64,000 nucleotides of DNA from contig CANJHD010000007.1 in the NCBI GenBank assembly GCA_947474065.1, forward strand, positions 2,365-66,364. Reading direction: 5' to 3'. This stretch comes from Planctomycetaceae bacterium (lineage in GTDB: Bacteria > Planctomycetota > Phycisphaerae > Phycisphaerales > SM1A02). Of the stretch, positions 37,204 to 47,030 are shown in pieces (within the stretch, counting starts at the first letter, position 1; each line of letters begins with the position of its first letter). A program made the position numbers and the translations under genes. The notes beneath the pieces were generated by a model. That model was not told the origin of the DNA, ran no database searches, and worked only from the letters and a program-made list of their open reading frames with translations.

Positions 37204-40200
37204 ATGTTTGTACTTCACCTGAACTGGTCTCACGGATCACTGCGCGCTTGGGGCGAAAGTGCAGAACGATTCATCACCGCACGTGATACGCCGATCCCAA
37301 CAGGGACGCATCCATACGCTGCGTCTGTCGCGGAATTGCGCGCGGCACTCGCACCAGCGCTCGAACACGCGCGCGTGGCCACTGGCGACAACCCACGCAT
37401 CGCGGCGGAAGGTTCGCTCACTGATTCCTCACTCATGCTGCTCTTGCCGCATTCGGACACAGCTGCTGGACAACTACCACTACCAAGTGACCGACTCAGT
37501 GCCTGCGATGCCGCTGCTGGATTCGTAGCAGAGCCTGAGGATTCGCTTGCACCAATCGAAGTTCCCGCTGTTGCACTTGATTCGCGTACGGCGTTCGCGC
37601 TCTTGCGGGTACTCGATACCGAATCATCGGATGACACCGTTGCATGGGGGCATGACGCCCGCTGGTGGAACGCGGTATCGCAGTTCACTCAGCACCTCAT
37701 TAATGACCAACGCGTGATTCCAACCGTCGTGCAGGAGCGCAACGGCGCTATGTTCGCAGCATGGCGCCCTTGGCTGCAGGATGCGCCAAACCACACGAAA
37801 TTTACGGCACTCGTACGCGGCGCCCCAGCATTGGTGCGCGCTGCCGAAGGAGCCGGCGCGGCAACCACGCTGCTTGAGCAATCCATGGGCGCGTTCGTTG
37901 ATTCCAGCGTGCGCGACATCATGGAGTTGGAGAATTACTCCGAGGCTCTCGATGGCCGCGACCCAGACCGTGATCCGCATGTTGCATGGCTCACTGGACT
38001 TCTGAGCGCGCAAGTTGATGTGCGGCAGCCGTCGACCGTGGAGTCAAGCATCGTGCGCACCGCGCGGCAGTGGATCGCCAACCTCGAAGACATCGGCGAA
38101 GGTCGCGAGATGCGCCTGCTGCTGCAACTCCTTGAGCCGCCAGCTGAACTGCTCGCGAGTCCCGATGGCCACGAAGACGATCACCCATGGCGACTGCTGT
38201 TCTCCTTGGTTTCCAACGACAGCCCGCCGATCGTGGTGGATGCTGAATCACTCTGGAGTCGCGCCGTCGGTGGCCGAAATGGTCGCGGGCATTCACCGCA
38301 AGAGACACAACAACTCTGCGACATGCTCCTTGGCGAACTCGGTCGAGCCAGCCGTCTGTATCCAAAGATCGAAGAGAGCCTTGATGAAGGCGCCCCAACG
38401 GGAATGGAACTGAAGACCACGGAGGCATATCAATTCCTTCGTGATTTCAAACCTGTGCTTCAAGAAGCTGGCTTCGAAGTCCTTGCACCGGATTGGTGGG
38501 GGCAGACCGCCAACCGCGTTGGCGCGCGACTCCTCATCGATAGCGATCCATCGCCGAGCGAAGGCGGAGAAGGCGGAAAGTCGAGTGGCGGAGTCGGTCT
38601 CCACAGCTTGGTGAACTACAGCTGGCAGATTGCGCTCGGGGATACCCCGCTCACCCTTGAAGAATTCCAGGCACTGGCCAAGAAGGGCGTGCCGCTCGTG
38701 CGCATCAACGGACGCTGGGTGGAAATCCGTCCAGAAGACCTTGAGCGTGGCGTCAAATTCCTGAAGCAAAACGCCAACGGCCAGGCAACCCTCGTTGAGG
38801 CCCTGCGCATGGCGCATCTTGATGCATCTGATGGCGGGCTCCCCGTCGTCGGAGTGGACACCAAGGGATGGGTCTCCGAGATCTTTGGCCCAGACGATTC
38901 GATCGAGAAGATGCCGATGCTTGAGCAGCCGGAGCGATTCCAAGGCACGCTGCGGCCGTATCAACGCGCCGGCGTGAGTTGGCTGGCGTTCCTCGAGCGC
39001 TTCGGCATGGGCGCGTGCCTCGCCGACGACATGGGTCTCGGCAAGACCATTCAGTTGATCGCCCTTCTACAAGCAGAGCGGCAAGTTGCCCCTGAGGGCG
39101 AACGCGTTGGACCAACGCTCTTGGTGGCCCCAATGAGCGTGCTCGGAAACTGGCACCGCGAACTCACTCGCTTTGCACCAGAGCTCGTGGTGCATGTGCA
39201 TCACGGCCTCGAGCGACCACAGGGCGAGCGATTCGTACAACTCACGCAACGCGTTGACGTCGTAGTGAGCACCTATGCACTCGTCACGCGCGACAAAGAC
39301 CTCCTCAACGAGGTCGAGTGGCGCCGCGTGGTGCTCGACGAAGCGCAACACATCAAGAACCCGCCCACCAAGCAGACCGCCGCAATCCGCGCCCTACGCA
39401 CGAAGTTCCGCGTTGCGCTCACTGGTACGCCGGTTGAGAATCGACTCAGTGAATTGTGGTCAATCATGGAATTCTGCTGCCCCGGATACCTGGGAACGCA
39501 GAACGACTTCCGCAAGCGCTTTGCGCTGCCTGTCGAACGCCATCGCGACAAGCGACAAGCAGAGCGGCTTCGACAACTGGTGCGACCATTCATTCTACGC
39601 CGCCTGAAGACTGACCCGAAGGTCATCAGCGATCTTCCGCCGCTGGTTGTCACCCGGCAACAGATCCCGCTCACGCCCGAACAGGCGTCCTTGTACGAAC
39701 AAGTGGTCAACGACATGCTCAAGCGTGTCGATCAGGCCGAAGGTATTCGTCGTCGCGGGCTGGTGCTCAGCGCGTTGGTCAAACTCAAGCAGATTTGCAA
39801 TCATCCTGCGCATTTCCTACGCGAAGGAATGCCATCAAACGCGCCAGTGGCGGAAGTCTCCGAGGAAGATATGGCGGAAGGCGCACAAGCCGCGGAACCG
39901 CCAGCGCGAAAGATCGTGGTTCCAGCGAATGTGGTGCGAGCTACGCGACTGAGTGCACGCAGTGGCAAGAGCCTGCGAGTGATGGAAATGCTTGAAGAAC
40001 TCACCGCAGCGGGCGACCGCGCGCTGATCTTTACGCAGTACCGACAGATGGGCCATTTGCTGGTGCAGATGATTCGGCAAGAGCTCGACATCGAAGCATT
40101 GTTCCTGCACGGTGGAACGCCGCAGGCCAAGCGCGATCAGTTGGTGCAGAGGTTCCAGAGCGAAGATCCGGCATCGCCACTCTTCATTCTTAGTCTCAAG

Positions 40201-40509
40201 GCTGGTGGCGTCGGACTGAACCTGACCGCGGCGAATCATGTGTTCCACTATGACCGTTGGTGGAATCCCGCTGTTGAGAACCAGGCCACCGACCGCGCGT
40301 TCCGTATCGGTCAACTACGCACCGTGAATGTCCACAAGATGATCACGGTGGGCACGCTTGAAGAACGCATCGATCAGATGATCGAACAGAAAACCGAACT
40401 AGCTAGCCAGATCATTGGCAGCGGCGAGCAATGGCTCACCGAGCTCAACACCTCGCAGTTGCGTGACCTGCTCTCGCTCCGCGGCAACACACTGGAGGAC
40501 GGAGCATGA
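37204..40509 (+). CDS. SNF2-family helicase (DUF3670 + SNF2_N + helicase C)
   Basis: LRPYQ, LADDMGLGKT, DEAQ, TGTPVEN, SLKAGGVGLNL and QATDRAFRIGQ. Confidence 0.93.
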   Translation: MFVLHLNWSHGSLRAWGESAERFITARDTPIPTGTHPYAASVAELRAALAPALEHARVATGDNPRIAAEGSLTDSSLMLLLPHSDTAAGQLPLPSDRLSACDAAAGFVAEPEDSLAPIEVPAVALDSRTAFALLRVLDTESSDDTVAWGHDARWWNAVSQFTQHLINDQRVIPTVVQERNGAMFAAWRPWLQDAPNHTKFTALVRGAPALVRAAEGAGAATTLLEQSMGAFVDSSVRDIMELENYSEALDGRDPDRDPHVAWLTGLLSAQVDVRQPSTVESSIVRTARQWIANLEDIGEGREMRLLLQLLEPPAELLASPDGHEDDHPWRLLFSLVSNDSPPIVVDAESLWSRAVGGRNGRGHSPQETQQLCDMLLGELGRASRLYPKIEESLDEGAPTGMELKTTEAYQFLRDFKPVLQEAGFEVLAPDWWGQTANRVGARLLIDSDPSPSEGGEGGKSSGGVGLHSLVNYSWQIALGDTPLTLEEFQALAKKGVPLVRINGRWVEIRPEDLERGVKFLKQNANGQATLVEALRMAHLDASDGGLPVVGVDTKGWVSEIFGPDDSIEKMPMLEQPERFQGTLRPYQRAGVSWLAFLERFGMGACLADDMGLGKTIQLIALLQAERQVAPEGERVGPTLLVAPMSVLGNWHRELTRFAPELVVHVHHGLERPQGERFVQLTQRVDVVVSTYALVTRDKDLLNEVEWRRVVLDEAQHIKNPPTKQTAAIRALRTKFRVALTGTPVENRLSELWSIMEFCCPGYLGTQNDFRKRFALPVERHRDKRQAERLRQLVRPFILRRLKTDPKVISDLPPLVVTRQQIPLTPEQASLYEQVVNDMLKRVDQAEGIRRRGLVLSALVKLKQICNHPAHFLREGMPSNAPVAEVSEEDMAEGAQAAEPPARKIVVPANVVRATRLSARSGKSLRVMEMLEELTAAGDRALIFTQYRQMGHLLVQMIRQELDIEALFLHGGTPQAKRDQLVQRFQSEDPASPLFILSLKAGGVGLNLTAANHVFHYDRWWNPAVENQATDRAFRIGQLRTVNVHKMITVGTLEERIDQMIEQKTELASQIIGSGEQWLTELNTSQLRDLLSLRGNTLEDGA

Positions 40510-41378
40510 GTAGCGAAGGTTTCAGTATTCGGCCATCGCAGAAGAAATTGGAACAGCCACGTCGCGTGCGTCATGGCATCCGTTTCCGAAGAAAACTCGG
40601 CCTTGAGGGACTTCCGTGGCACGCCTCGGCATTTGTTCAGGCTGTTGAGGCGGGAATGCCTCCAGATGTGCGGATGCTCGGCATGGAGTACGCGCTCGCA
40701 GGCCAGGTAGCCAACTACACCGTTACGCCTGGACTAGTGGATACCGCTGTGCAAGGGCGTGGTGTTAACCCATATCGAGCGAAGATCATGCTTCGCCCGC
40801 TTTCCCGTGAAGAATGGGACAAGGTCATCGAGCGGATGGCCAGCGAAGCGGTGTATGCCGCGCGACTTCTGACTGGAGAGGTGCCAGAGTCAATTGAGGA
40901 GTGCTTCGCCGTGGTCGGGCGACATCTGTTGCCAGCTCCCGGCGACGGGATCCATACCGAGTGTGACTGCGGGCTCGAGCAACCCTGCAAGCATGTAGCT
41001 GCGGCCGCCTACCTCATGGGAGAGCGCATCGAGGTTGACCCCGTGGTGCTCTTTGCGCTGCGTGGGCTTGATGGCGAATTATTACTTGAGCGGCTTCAAG
41101 AGCAACGGACACTGCAGACGTCTGGAATCTCTCAGGCGCATGCCACGGCATCTACCGTCGAAGAAGACAACGGCGGGCTTCCGCCGCTTGAGCAGTGCAT
41201 CGCGGACTTCTGGCGGCCAACTGCGGCGCTTGAGGAGGCGGAGTCGGCTCCTTCGACGGAACATGTCCCACATGCACTCTTGCGCCGCATGGGACCAAGC
41301 CCCATGGGTGGAAAGTTCCCAATGGTCGGGCTGCTCGCGAGCATCTACGACAGTATTCGTGCGCGAACAGGTGGGTAA
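40506..41378 (+). CDS. SWIM zinc-finger protein
   Basis: CDC...PCKH motif, VQG...PY and DP..LF.LRG; ATGA overlap with the SNF2 gene. Confidence 0.88.
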   Translation: MSSEGFSIRPSQKKLEQPRRVRHGIRFRRKLGLEGLPWHASAFVQAVEAGMPPDVRMLGMEYALAGQVANYTVTPGLVDTAVQGRGVNPYRAKIMLRPLSREEWDKVIERMASEAVYAARLLTGEVPESIEECFAVVGRHLLPAPGDGIHTECDCGLEQPCKHVAAAAYLMGERIEVDPVVLFALRGLDGELLLERLQEQRTLQTSGISQAHATASTVEEDNGGLPPLEQCIADFWRPTAALEEAESAPSTEHVPHALLRRMGPSPMGGKFPMVGLLASIYDSIRARTGG

Positions 41379-41432
41379 TCAGGCGATGTCACGCCCATCA
41401 GAGGCGGGAGGCGCTACCGAGCGAGCCCTTCC

Positions 41433-41882
41433 TCAGGCTGTCGCGCTTGGATTGCTATAGAAGATCCGCAGACGGTTACCTGGGTGCAGGTATTCCACCG
41501 AAGACATGTACGCGCGCATCAGCATGATTCCGCGCCCCGAGGGGATGTCGATGTTCTCATCGGCAGTCGGGTCCGGAACCGAACCAGGATCAAAGCCATC
41601 GCCCTCATCGATCACCACTAACTCAACGCCCTTTGAATCGATCTTGCACTCAACGGTGACGTGCTTGGATGGATTCCCTTTGTTTCCGTGGCGGAAGCCG
41701 TTGACCAAGGCTTCTTCGAGCGCCAAACGGATGGCGAATGAGGCCGCCTCACCGTAGCCACAACTCAGGAGCGCATCATTGACGTCAGACTGCAGACCTT
41801 CGATGGAATCTCGCTGCTCAAGAAGCACCCAGCTTCGCTCGAAGCGCCCATCATGAACATGTCCCTGTGCGGGGTGAGTCAT
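41433..41882 (-). CDS. RsbW/SpoIIAB-like anti-sigma factor (Ser/Thr kinase, HATPase_c_2)
   Basis: ALEEALVNGFRHGN, DEGDGFD and GRGIMLMRAYM. Confidence 0.88.
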   Translation of the reverse strand: MTHPAQGHVHDGRFERSWVLLEQRDSIEGLQSDVNDALLSCGYGEAASFAIRLALEEALVNGFRHGNKGNPSKHVTVECKIDSKGVELVVIDEGDGFDPGSVPDPTADENIDIPSGRGIMLMRAYMSSVEYLHPGNRLRIFYSNPSATA

Positions 41883-41896
41883 GGACTGGTTACCTT

Positions 41897-42268
41897 TCAC
41901 TGGGGGACGCCAAGGCTTGCCTTGGCTGACGCGAGGTCCTTCTCGATACGCAGGATCTTGTTCAACTTGGTGATCTGGAAAATTTGCATGATCTGCGCAT
42001 TGATCTCGCACAGACGCAACTGACCGTCCTTAGCCTTCACCTTATTCATAACCGTCAGAAGGGTGCCGAGCGCTGCCGATGAAAGATGCTCGACCCCCTT
42101 AAAGGTGACGACAATGCGTGGTCGAGGAGAATCGTCTACCAGTCTCGTCAACTCATTACCGATTTGGCGGATGACCACCTCATCGATGATGTGCTTCTCG
42201 GTGAACTCAACGAGTGTGCACTCGGGGTCCTTTGCGATCCGAATAAAACTTTGCTGCGGCTGTGCCAT
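41897..42268 (-). CDS. STAS-domain anti-anti-sigma factor (RsbV/SpoIIAA-like)
   Basis: VEHLSSAALG with the phosphoacceptor Ser, GQLRLC and IFQITKL. Confidence 0.88.
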   Translation of the reverse strand: MAQPQQSFIRIAKDPECTLVEFTEKHIIDEVVIRQIGNELTRLVDDSPRPRIVVTFKGVEHLSSAALGTLLTVMNKVKAKDGQLRLCEINAQIMQIFQITKLNKILRIEKDLASAKASLGVPQ

Positions 42269-42305
42269 ATCAGTCAAGTGTACCCCCGTCATACGCCGCG
42301 GACTC

Positions 42306-42341
42306 CCAAAAGAACATCGGGAGCCCAAAGGCTCCCGATGT
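42306..42341 (-). terminator. Intrinsic terminator after the secretin gene
   Basis: 12-bp stem ACATCGGGAGCC/GGCTCCCGATGT followed on the - strand by TCTTTT. Confidence 0.75.
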
Positions 42342-42366
42342 AGGGCGACAAACACTATGCGGGGGC

Positions 42367-45300
42367 TTAGTAGCCCGCGCCCGGCGACATCTGCTGACGC
42401 AGACCCGGGAACAACGCATCTTCCTGCTCCTGCTGAATGATGATCTCTGGACGGATCATCAGGAGCAACGTGGTTTCTGTCTTCGATGTGATGCGGTTCG
42501 TGAAGAAGCGATTGACCACCGGAATCTTGGAGAGCATGGGCACGCCGACCTCGATTTCGAGTTCCTGGACCAAACGCTGTCCGCCGAGCAAGATAGTTCC
42601 CTTGTCCGGGACAGTGACCGTGGTGTCAATCTGTGTACCTGTAACTTCAGGAAGCTGAATCGTTCCAGAGAAGTTCGAGGACCGACCACCGCCACCGCCG
42701 CCACCACCGCCGCCGCCGGCAGCACCGGTCACCTCCGTAGGTGTGAACTTAGCGTTCTGATTAAGACCAAAGAGAACCGTCATCGTGACGTATCTACGAT
42801 CACCGGAAATGCATGCTTCAATGTCGAGCACGAAGCCTTCATACAGCTGGCTGATGACTGGCGAGAATGCACCCGAATTGTCACCCGTGACCGGGACGAG
42901 ATTGGATACGTACGCGATTACCTTGGCAACACTAATCCACGAACGCTGGCAGTTGTAAAGGGTCAGGCGCGGCGCGGTGAGCACCACGTTGCGCTGATCA
43001 GCCTGCGTTGCAGTGATGAGGAGGTCAACCTGAACATCGTCGAGGTAGGTGAATCCAGTGGTAAGTACCGGGCTCGCCGCTGCGGCGAGGCCGAACGGAT
43101 TGAGACCAGCGGCCGCCAAGGTATTGACCAGCGGCAAACCTTCCTGTTGCAAGTTGACTGTTGAGATTTCACCCTTCTGTACGCCAATAGGCTGCACTGG
43201 AACGGCGGATCCGTAGGTGATGTCCTGACCGAAGCCGTTTGGCAAATCACCCTGGTTCGTCGGGAATCCCGTGCCGCCCACTGGGGTATTGACTCCAGGC
43301 TGTGCAACGTTTCCGAAGATGACGGGGTTCTTGAGACGGCCAGTCTGCGACGTGGTGCCGGCAGTGTTTCCTGGGCCACCCTTCTGATAGAAGAAGTCGC
43401 GAAGTTGGAAGTTTGGGTCAACTGCACGCGCCGCTGACCACATGCGGTCATTGGAGTTGAAGTACAAGTCGAAGTCGATACCGATCTGCTCGAACCAGTC
43501 CATGGAGACCTGAACAACGCGGCCTTCGATGTTGATCTGCAATGCACGAATCGCTCGCAACTGCTGCAGGAGACCCTCGATCTCACGGTGCGCCGAAGGC
43601 GAAGCTGTGACAATCAGGTTGCGGTTGAACTCTGCGATGCGGTCAGTACCTTCGCCACGCTCTTCCCAGTTGGCATCGACCTGGTTGTAAATGAGCTGCT
43701 TCAGCTGGTCGATGAGTTCGCCTGGGTCACCGCGCTCTGGTGCTTCGCCGGGGGTTCCGAACGGCACTCCGCCGCCGCCACCACCACCGCCGCCACCGCT
43801 GCCGCCACCGCCGCCACCGCCACCGAATCCGCCGCCACCGCCGCCACCACTGCCACCACCGCCGCCACCGCCGCCGCCGCCAGTCTGGACGGACTGGCTG
43901 AGGTTGAACTCAGGCGCGTTGTCAAAGTTGGGTGCGCGGAACAGAAGGTCGCGTACGTCGTACACGAAGGTGACCTGCTTCTTCTGCACGCCCGCCTTCG
44001 TGGTGATGACCACGATGCCATCCTGCACATCGAAAGCGAGCGGATCGCTCGGGGGGGTATCGCCGTTCTTAGAAACAACACGCTCAAGAACGCGCTTGAT
44101 GGCTGATGCCATGTTCGTGCTGCCGAGGTCAATGGTGACCGCGGTCTGCTCTGGCTCAAGACCCACTTCCTTCAACTGTGTCCAATCGATCAAGAAGTCC
44201 ACCTTGGTCTGGTTCTTGAAGTAGTCACAGGCTTGCTCAAGAGTTGGGCCGGTAGTGAACGGAACCGGGAGCGACGTGGTCTGAAGTTTGTTCCAGGTAG
44301 GAACATTCACCTCTGCCTCACGGTAACCACTTGCTCCGTAATCAGGCTCACGGACGCGACGATCACTGAGTTCCTGCCAGTCCTCTGGATAGGTCACGAG
44401 TGCATTCGTCGAACGTGGTCCTGGACCGGAAACATTCACGCGCTGCGGCACAGTGGCCTCGAGTGCCTCGTCGGCAAGACGCGAGAATCCGTAGGAGCGG
44501 CGCTTCTGAGTCTCTGCAAAGCGGACATACATCTCTGTTGTATGCAGTGCATCACGAAGAGTCAGCGCTGCCGAGTTGTTGGGGTCGAGAGCGAGGGCGC
44601 TATCAAGAACCTGCAGCGCTTCGGTGTACTTCTGCTGCATTTGCAACTTGCGTACGTTGAGGAGGATTTCATTGACGCGCTTTGTGCGGTTCTCTTCCTC
44701 GGTGCGTTGCGATGATGCGCTCTGTTCACCTTGAGTGTTGCGCGCTTTCTGATCAACCGTCAGTTTGTGCTGTCGGGATTCTTCGCCGATCTGGTCAACT
44801 AATTTTTCGGCGTCGGTCGACATTTGCTCGAACTCTGCTGCGTTCAGGACATTGCGAGCAAGGTCAAGGCGGGTGCGCGCCGTCACGGCGGCGAGTTTGG
44901 CTTGGTCGTAATCCTGCTGCGATAGAAGGCTCTGTGAGCGCTTGATGTCGGAACTGAATTGCGCAGTTGCCTGCTGGCGGCGGACTTCGCGATCGCTTGA
45001 GACGCTACCGATCACAGTGCCACCCTCGAGCATGGACTGTGCGCGTGCGCGCTCGCGTGTTGCTTCTTCATCTCCAGGCAAGAACTGCAGGAGTGTTGCC
45101 CATCCGTTGGCCGCCTGCGACCACTCGCCCTTCTTCATTGCTGCCTGTGCTGCAGAGCGGATTTGCTTTGTATCAACAGTGACCTGAGTGTCATCAGCGG
45201 GCTCAATCGCGGCTGGCTCCGCAGTTGGCGCGGGCTTGGTGGCCACTGGCTTCTCGGCAGGCGGAGCCGCCTGCTTTGTTGGCTCTGGTTCGGTGGGCTT

Positions 45301-45567
45301 TGGAGCGGGATCAGCTGGCGGCTCGGTTGCTGGTTCGCTCGGCTCTGGAGCAGGATCAGCTGGCGGCTCGGTTGCTGGATCGGTCGGCTCTGGTGCAGGG
45401 TCCTGCATTGGAGCGATCGGCATTGCAGTCGCGTGGCGAGTCACTGCGTGGGGCATCACGGCAGTTACGCCGAACATCCCGACCACAAGCGTCGTCTTAA
45501 GCGCAGAAGAAGAACGCGCAAGCAGCGAGTTCAGCGGACTGACGAATCGAATCTCTTCACGAGGCAT
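42367..45567 (-). CDS. Large planctomycete-type secretin (type II/III secretion system protein D-like) with TPR and poly-Gly inserts
   Basis: C-terminal secretin motifs (LTAPRLTL, TTVTVPDKGTILLGG, GVPMLSKIP..NRFF, LLLMIRPEII); N-domain YDVRDLL. Confidence 0.85.
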   Translation of the reverse strand: MPREEIRFVSPLNSLLARSSSALKTTLVVGMFGVTAVMPHAVTRHATAMPIAPMQDPAPEPTDPATEPPADPAPEPSEPATEPPADPAPKPTEPEPTKQAAPPAEKPVATKPAPTAEPAAIEPADDTQVTVDTKQIRSAAQAAMKKGEWSQAANGWATLLQFLPGDEEATRERARAQSMLEGGTVIGSVSSDREVRRQQATAQFSSDIKRSQSLLSQQDYDQAKLAAVTARTRLDLARNVLNAAEFEQMSTDAEKLVDQIGEESRQHKLTVDQKARNTQGEQSASSQRTEEENRTKRVNEILLNVRKLQMQQKYTEALQVLDSALALDPNNSAALTLRDALHTTEMYVRFAETQKRRSYGFSRLADEALEATVPQRVNVSGPGPRSTNALVTYPEDWQELSDRRVREPDYGASGYREAEVNVPTWNKLQTTSLPVPFTTGPTLEQACDYFKNQTKVDFLIDWTQLKEVGLEPEQTAVTIDLGSTNMASAIKRVLERVVSKNGDTPPSDPLAFDVQDGIVVITTKAGVQKKQVTFVYDVRDLLFRAPNFDNAPEFNLSQSVQTGGGGGGGGGGSGGGGGGGFGGGGGGGGSGGGGGGGGGGVPFGTPGEAPERGDPGELIDQLKQLIYNQVDANWEERGEGTDRIAEFNRNLIVTASPSAHREIEGLLQQLRAIRALQINIEGRVVQVSMDWFEQIGIDFDLYFNSNDRMWSAARAVDPNFQLRDFFYQKGGPGNTAGTTSQTGRLKNPVIFGNVAQPGVNTPVGGTGFPTNQGDLPNGFGQDITYGSAVPVQPIGVQKGEISTVNLQQEGLPLVNTLAAAGLNPFGLAAAASPVLTTGFTYLDDVQVDLLITATQADQRNVVLTAPRLTLYNCQRSWISVAKVIAYVSNLVPVTGDNSGAFSPVISQLYEGFVLDIEACISGDRRYVTMTVLFGLNQNAKFTPTEVTGAAGGGGGGGGGGGRSSNFSGTIQLPEVTGTQIDTTVTVPDKGTILLGGQRLVQELEIEVGVPMLSKIPVVNRFFTNRITSKTETTLLLMIRPEIIIQQEQEDALFPGLRQQMSPGAGY
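43768..43881. repeat. GGC/GGT trinucleotide low-complexity tract (poly-Gly, ~38 codons); second tract at 42685-42717
   Basis: (GCC/ACC)n on the + strand, inside the secretin CDS. Confidence 0.9.
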
Positions 45568-45829
45568 GACTGCTCCTAGACGACAAGCGCCAGCGCCGCC
45601 ACATGGCGGTGTTGGCCGAACATCTCTTTCGGGCGAGGTTGCCCAAAGGATCGCCCCACATCGATAGATTCGGCACGGACCGAACCCAAAGGTGGAGGTT
45701 GCGCGAGACTACCCTGCCCTCCGGCAGCCTGCAAAGGGGGGACCCGGGTTCGGGGACAACCCGTCAACTGCTGAACTTCGGGCAAAACCCGTTACACTCC
45801 GACCCGCCATGATCCAGCGAGCCCAGCCA

Positions 45830-47020
45830 ATGGAACCAAAAATCTGTCGACTCGCTCTTGAAGACGGAACGGTCTTTCATGGCCATCCGTTCGGTCTTTG
45901 TACGGATAAATCGACCGCTGGCGGCGAAGTTGTCTTCAACACTGCCATGTGCGGGTACCAGGAAGCGCTGACTGACCCTTCCTATACAGGGCAAATCCTG
46001 ACCATGACCGCAACGGAAATGGGCAACTACGGAATTGCCGACGAGGATGGTGAGAGCGGCTCCACCGCCGTACGCGGTTTTGTGGTGCGCGAGGCGATTG
46101 AGGAACCAAGTAATCATCGTTCCATGAGCAGCCTCTCCGCTTGGCTTGCGGCGAACGGCGTGATTGGAATTGATGGAATCGATACGCGGGCCTTGGTGCG
46201 AATTCTGCGTACCAAGGGCGCGCTGCGTGGCGTGCTCTTCGTTGGCGCAACGAAATCGGACGAAGAACTTATTGCTATGGCGCGCGCCCTCCCTTCGATG
46301 GCGGGACAGAATCTTGCGGGATGCGTCAGCCCAACACAGAGCAGTACATGGCGCGAAGGACTCGGCGAGTGGACGATGCGTGGGCAATCACATGGCGGGC
46401 GCGCTTTCAAAGTGGTCGCGCTTGATTGCGGTGCAAAGCACAACATCTATCGAAACCTTGCTGAGCGCGGTTGTGATATCGAAGTCGTGCCGCACGACTT
46501 GAGCGCCGCAGAAATTCGCGCGCGCAAGCCGGACGGATTGTTCATCTCCAACGGCCCCGGCGATCCAGCTGCCGTGGAGCAAACCATCGCAACGCTGCGC
46601 GAGATTGCCGGCGAAATACCAACTTTCGGTATCTGCCTTGGTCATCAGTTGCTCGCCCTCGCCCTTGGTGCCAAGACTTGGAAGCTGAAGTTTGGTCATC
46701 GCGGGGCCAACCAGCCCGTGCGCAATTTGCTCACTGGTCGTGTTGAAATTACTAGCCAAAATCACGGCTTCTGTGTCGACGAAGCGTCTCTGCGCGCTGT
46801 CGGCGGTGAACCGACGCATATGCACCTGAATGATGGCACATTGGCGGGATTCAGGCATACTTCGAAGCCGATCTTCAGTGTGCAATATCACCCCGAGGCA
46901 TCGCCTGGACCGCATGACTCTGCGTACCTCTTCGACTGCTTCGTCACCATGATGGGCAGCAGGCGACCAATCACCGCCGCTGACATGGAAGCGGCGCAAC
47001 GTGCGCTCGCTTCCGCGTGA
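45830..47020 (+). CDS. carA: Carbamoyl-phosphate synthase small subunit
   Basis: LALEDG, GEVVFNT..GYQE.LTDPSY, SNGPGDP, GICLGHQ and QYHPEASPGPHD. Confidence 0.96.
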   Translation: MEPKICRLALEDGTVFHGHPFGLCTDKSTAGGEVVFNTAMCGYQEALTDPSYTGQILTMTATEMGNYGIADEDGESGSTAVRGFVVREAIEEPSNHRSMSSLSAWLAANGVIGIDGIDTRALVRILRTKGALRGVLFVGATKSDEELIAMARALPSMAGQNLAGCVSPTQSSTWREGLGEWTMRGQSHGGRAFKVVALDCGAKHNIYRNLAERGCDIEVVPHDLSAAEIRARKPDGLFISNGPGDPAAVEQTIATLREIAGEIPTFGICLGHQLLALALGAKTWKLKFGHRGANQPVRNLLTGRVEITSQNHGFCVDEASLRAVGGEPTHMHLNDGTLAGFRHTSKPIFSVQYHPEASPGPHDSAYLFDCFVTMMGSRRPITAADMEAAQRALASA

Positions 47021-47030
47021 CGAGCCCTGC

